DNA of 64,000 bases from NCBI GenBank assembly GCA_913045195.1, contig CAJWQR010000002.1:13209-77208 (forward strand), written 5' to 3'. Positions 60,838-64,000 of the stretch are shown here, piece after piece. Positions within the stretch are counted from its first letter, which is position 1; every line of letters begins with the position of its first letter. The stretch is from an uncultured Legionellales bacterium (GTDB lineage: Bacteria; Pseudomonadota; Gammaproteobacteria; Eutrophobiales; Eutrophobiaceae). Under the pieces are notes generated by a model, which did not search any database, was not told the origin of the DNA, and was given only the letters and a program-made list of their open reading frames with translations. The translations under genes were made by a program, and so were the position numbers.

Positions 60838-62907
60838 ATGTCGTCTCCAAGTTATTTTGTTTTATTTATATTCGTATATTTTATTTCTTATAATACTTTT
60901 GCTGTGAATCTAAAACGATTTGAAGGGTTGATTGTCAATGGTACAAGATTAAATCAAAATAATATTGAGGATTTACCATTAAATATTTCCATTATAACCG
61001 CTGAAGAAATTAAATTAAGTTCAGCACAAACACTCCCCGAGTTACTTTCACAGGAACCAGGTATTCAGAAAAGTAGTCAATTTGGTAATCATGCCGTTAG
61101 AAGCGATATTGACATTCGGGGGTTTGGAGCAAGAGGCACTCAAAATACGTTAATTTTATTGGATGGCAAACGTCTTAACGATAATGATCAATCGACAATT
61201 AATTTTAGTGCCATACCGATGGAGAATATTGAGAGAATAGAGATTATAAAAAGTGCAGGCGGTGTGCTCTACGGCGATGGCGCAGTAGGTGGCGCTATTA
61301 ATATCATTACCAAAACACCATCTTATAAAACTAAGAAATATTTAATTGAGCAAAGAGTGGGTTCGTACGATTCAATCAAGACAGATGTGGCAGCTGAATA
61401 CAGTAACGAGAAAATTTCACTTAATCTCTTTAGTAATCTTATTCATTCAGATGGTTATCGAGTTAATAATAAATTAGAGCAACGGTCTTTATCTACAAAT
61501 TTCAGTTATTTTATTAGCAATACAGAAATATTTCTAAAATTTGGAATATCTGAGCAAAATTTAAGACTTCCTGGTGATAGGGCGGTTAATTTTGTTACAG
61601 GTGTAGATGAATTTTCTTCTGATAGGAAAGGAACAGATGACCCGTTTGATTTTGCTATCGAAGTGGGATCTTTCTTAACGTTAGGCTTCATACATTCTTT
61701 TGCAGATAATATCGAATTACTAGTAGATGGCGGATATAAAACCAAAGAAAGCGATATTTTTGTAGAGAATAGCCAAGAATTTCGAAATACAAATCATGCA
61801 AATCTATATTTTAGCCCCCAGCTAAAATGGAAATTTGACTTATTTCATAGTGAACACAATATTGATATAGGCTTTGATCTTTACCATTATCAGTTTGATT
61901 TAGATATCGAAAATACCACCGCAGCTGATACAAATCATGTGATAGTTCAACCACAGCATAGACTTGATATCGAACAGGAAAACTATTCATTTTATTTAAA
62001 TGATTTTGTCAATATAAACCCTAACACTTCATTCCAGGTAGGAGCTCGTATACAACATAGCAATGTAGATGCATTTGATCAGTTTGATTCGACTGCTAGA
62101 ACTGCTGGTTTCGCGAGCAGCCAAAGGCCTTCACTTAATAAATCGGACAAAGGGTATATGGCTAACTTTGGAATTAAACAGCGGTTTAATCGAAATATTT
62201 CTGGCTATGTAACAACAGGTCAAAGTATGCGTTTTGCAAATAATGATGATTTTAATCAATTAGACGCAACTTTTGCGCCTAGTTTTTCTAATATAAAACC
62301 ACAGCGCGGCAGATATTTTGATGGTGGGGTTATATATTCTAGCGAATATCTTAATACTTCGCTGAGCGTATATTTAATGGAAATGACAAATCAAATTGAT
62401 TTTGATCCAGCACGTTCTACAAATAGAAATTTTGAACCAATTAAAAGAGAGGGGCTAGAGTATAGTATTTTACTTAAACCCACTGACGAAATTACAACAA
62501 ATTTTAATTATGCCTTAACTAAAGCAGTTTTTGATGAAGGATTAAATAAAGGCAATGACGTTCCACTTGTTGCGAAACATACAGCAAATTTTATTTTTAA
62601 TTATAATCTGTTTAGGAGTATGAATTTATCGGCAACATGGAATTATGTTGGAGATAAAGTTTTTGATAATGATCAGGATAATACATTTTTTGCCAAAATT
62701 CCTTCGCACTCGTCCATTGATATGAAATTGGGTTATGAGCGAGGTAATTTTGATGTAAATTTTTCAGTTAACAATTTGTTAAATAAAGAATATTTCGAGA
62801 CCGGAACCACTAATAGCCTGCTTTTTGATACCGCACATACGCGATTTAATGCATCACCCATGCCAGAGAGAAACTTTTCATTTACAATACGATATAAGTT
62901 TGACTAA
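60838..62907 (+). CDS. TonB-dependent outer-membrane receptor (BtuB-like, B12-riboswitch controlled)
   Basis: 689 aa with a signal peptide, a TonB-box / plug domain (DLPLNISIITAEEI) and a 22-strand barrel ending in the terminal aromatic ...IRYKFD. Confidence 0.8.
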   Translation: MSSPSYFVLFIFVYFISYNTFAVNLKRFEGLIVNGTRLNQNNIEDLPLNISIITAEEIKLSSAQTLPELLSQEPGIQKSSQFGNHAVRSDIDIRGFGARGTQNTLILLDGKRLNDNDQSTINFSAIPMENIERIEIIKSAGGVLYGDGAVGGAINIITKTPSYKTKKYLIEQRVGSYDSIKTDVAAEYSNEKISLNLFSNLIHSDGYRVNNKLEQRSLSTNFSYFISNTEIFLKFGISEQNLRLPGDRAVNFVTGVDEFSSDRKGTDDPFDFAIEVGSFLTLGFIHSFADNIELLVDGGYKTKESDIFVENSQEFRNTNHANLYFSPQLKWKFDLFHSEHNIDIGFDLYHYQFDLDIENTTAADTNHVIVQPQHRLDIEQENYSFYLNDFVNINPNTSFQVGARIQHSNVDAFDQFDSTARTAGFASSQRPSLNKSDKGYMANFGIKQRFNRNISGYVTTGQSMRFANNDDFNQLDATFAPSFSNIKPQRGRYFDGGVIYSSEYLNTSLSVYLMEMTNQIDFDPARSTNRNFEPIKREGLEYSILLKPTDEITTNFNYALTKAVFDEGLNKGNDVPLVAKHTANFIFNYNLFRSMNLSATWNYVGDKVFDNDQDNTFFAKIPSHSSIDMKLGYERGNFDVNFSVNNLLNKEYFETGTTNSLLFDTAHTRFNASPMPERNFSFTIRYKFD

Positions 62908-62935
62908 ATAGGCATATTACTCGGAGTTTAGAATT

Positions 62936-63487
62936 ATGTTTAACCAAAATATAAAAGTAGATAAGAATATTACGATCATTTTAAGTTTGATTTTATTTGC
63001 TATTGTCTTAAGGTTACTTCCTCATCCGCCAAATTTCTCACCTATAGGCGCAATTGGTTTATTTGCCGGATGCTATCTAAGTTTAAAAAGATTCTGGTTA
63101 ATACCTATTGCTGCGCTATTTGTTAGTGATTTTGTACTGGGTTTTTATCATCCAATTTCAATGCTTAGTGTTTATTTTTCCTTTGGGATATCGGCACTAT
63201 TGGGTAGCTTTTTTTTAAAAGATAAAATAACACCATTCAGAATTACTGGGACTGCAATTTTCTCCGCTACACAATTTTTTATTCTCAGTAATTTAGGTGT
63301 TTGGATTTCAGGATTAATTTACCCAATAAATATTACGGGTCTTATTAGTTGCTATGTAATGGCAATTCCATTTTATGGAAATACACTATTAAGCGAGCTC
63401 TTTTATGCATTTATTCTTTTTGCAACTTATTATTTTCTAACTAATTTTGTCAAAAAGGGTAATACACATAATACAAAAAGTATTTAG
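62936..63487 (+). CDS. Small polytopic inner-membrane protein, candidate BtuM / ECF-S-component-like cobalamin transporter
   Basis: 183 aa with about 6 TM segments and conserved-looking His30 / Cys46 (LLPHPPNF...GLFAGCY). It lies between the riboswitch-controlled TonB receptor and the pduO-type adenosyltransferase. Confidence 0.45.
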   Translation: MFNQNIKVDKNITIILSLILFAIVLRLLPHPPNFSPIGAIGLFAGCYLSLKRFWLIPIAALFVSDFVLGFYHPISMLSVYFSFGISALLGSFFLKDKITPFRITGTAIFSATQFFILSNLGVWISGLIYPINITGLISCYVMAIPFYGNTLLSELFYAFILFATYYFLTNFVKKGNTHNTKSI

Positions 63488-63565
63488 TAATATTTCTTAA
63501 TTCTATTCTTTAGATTTTCTCAAATATTATTAAAATATCTATATGCAATTTAAGTGATATAAATA

Positions 63566-64000
63566 ATGTCTAATCGTTTAACAAAAATTTATACACGTAC
63601 TGGCGATGATGGAACGACGGGGCTCGCGAATTCCAATCGAATTGATAAGTTCAGCACACGAATAGAAGCCATGGGTGAGATAGATGAGCTTAATAGTCTA
63701 ATCGGTGTTCTTGTGGCGAATGAACTACCTAACGATATTTCAGGGTATTTATTAAATATTCAACATAGATTGTTTGATGTTGGCGCAGAATTGGCAATAC
63801 CGGGAAATGCTTTAATATCGCCAGATTGCGTAAAAAGATTAGAAGATTTAATTGATTCTTATAACAATGAACTTCCAGTACTTAAGGAATTTGTTTTACC
63901 TGGAGGTTCGATGCCTGCCTCGCTATGTCACCTCAGTAGAACAGTTTGTCGTCGCGCCGAAAGGACGCTTGTTAAATTAGCACGAAACGAATCTTTTAAT
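63566..64000 (+). CDS. PduO-type ATP:cob(I)alamin adenosyltransferase (3' end beyond window)
   Basis: MSNRLTKIYTRTGDDGTTGL...EAMGEIDELNS matches the canonical PduO/MMAB N-terminus. Confidence 0.85.
   Translation, partial: MSNRLTKIYTRTGDDGTTGLANSNRIDKFSTRIEAMGEIDELNSLIGVLVANELPNDISGYLLNIQHRLFDVGAELAIPGNALISPDCVKRLEDLIDSYNNELPVLKEFVLPGGSMPASLCHLSRTVCRRAERTLVKLARNESFN

Overview
This is an AT-rich gammaproteobacterial-type chromosomal segment (high-30s % GC by eye; xerD-dsbC, ccmABCDEFGHI, cmoA-cmoB synteny). It is dominated by a C1 (methylotrophy) island embedded among housekeeping genes. Left to right the window holds: xerD (3' part), dsbC, the LPS inner-core genes hldE-hldD-waaA, and a divergent SoxYZ-like carrier beside the lanthanide-type methanol dehydrogenase xoxF (DYDG motif). 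After xoxF come a pseudoazurin, an MxaJ/XoxJ-like binding protein and a secreted unknown. A long minus-strand array follows, running fwdD-like - fhcB - fhcA - fhcD - fhcC - 7Fe ferredoxin - FprA-type ferredoxin:NADP reductase - fdsGB (fused) - fdsA. A decayed copy of the fdsB/fdsA junction sits inside that array. Next is an H4MPT / methylofuran cofactor-biosynthesis block (beta-RFAP synthase, three ATP-grasp ligases, mch, CitG-like, fae, HisA-like, hydantoinase-like C1 protein, PabB-like, amino-acid-kinase-like). The window continues with nrdAB with tandem NrdR boxes, trhO-cmoA-cmoB, a PQQ-dependent sugar dehydrogenase with a beta-propeller and a Met/His-rich OM barrel, the complete ccmABCDEFGHI operon, a Sel1-repeat protein, metH, an OFA-family MFS transporter, and a cobalamin riboswitch driving a TonB-dependent receptor, a small candidate BtuM-like membrane protein and a PduO-type adenosyltransferase (3' truncated). 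No rRNA, tRNA, CRISPR or obvious IS or phage elements were seen. All calls rest on reading the translated ORFs and the nucleotide sequence by eye; no searches were run.
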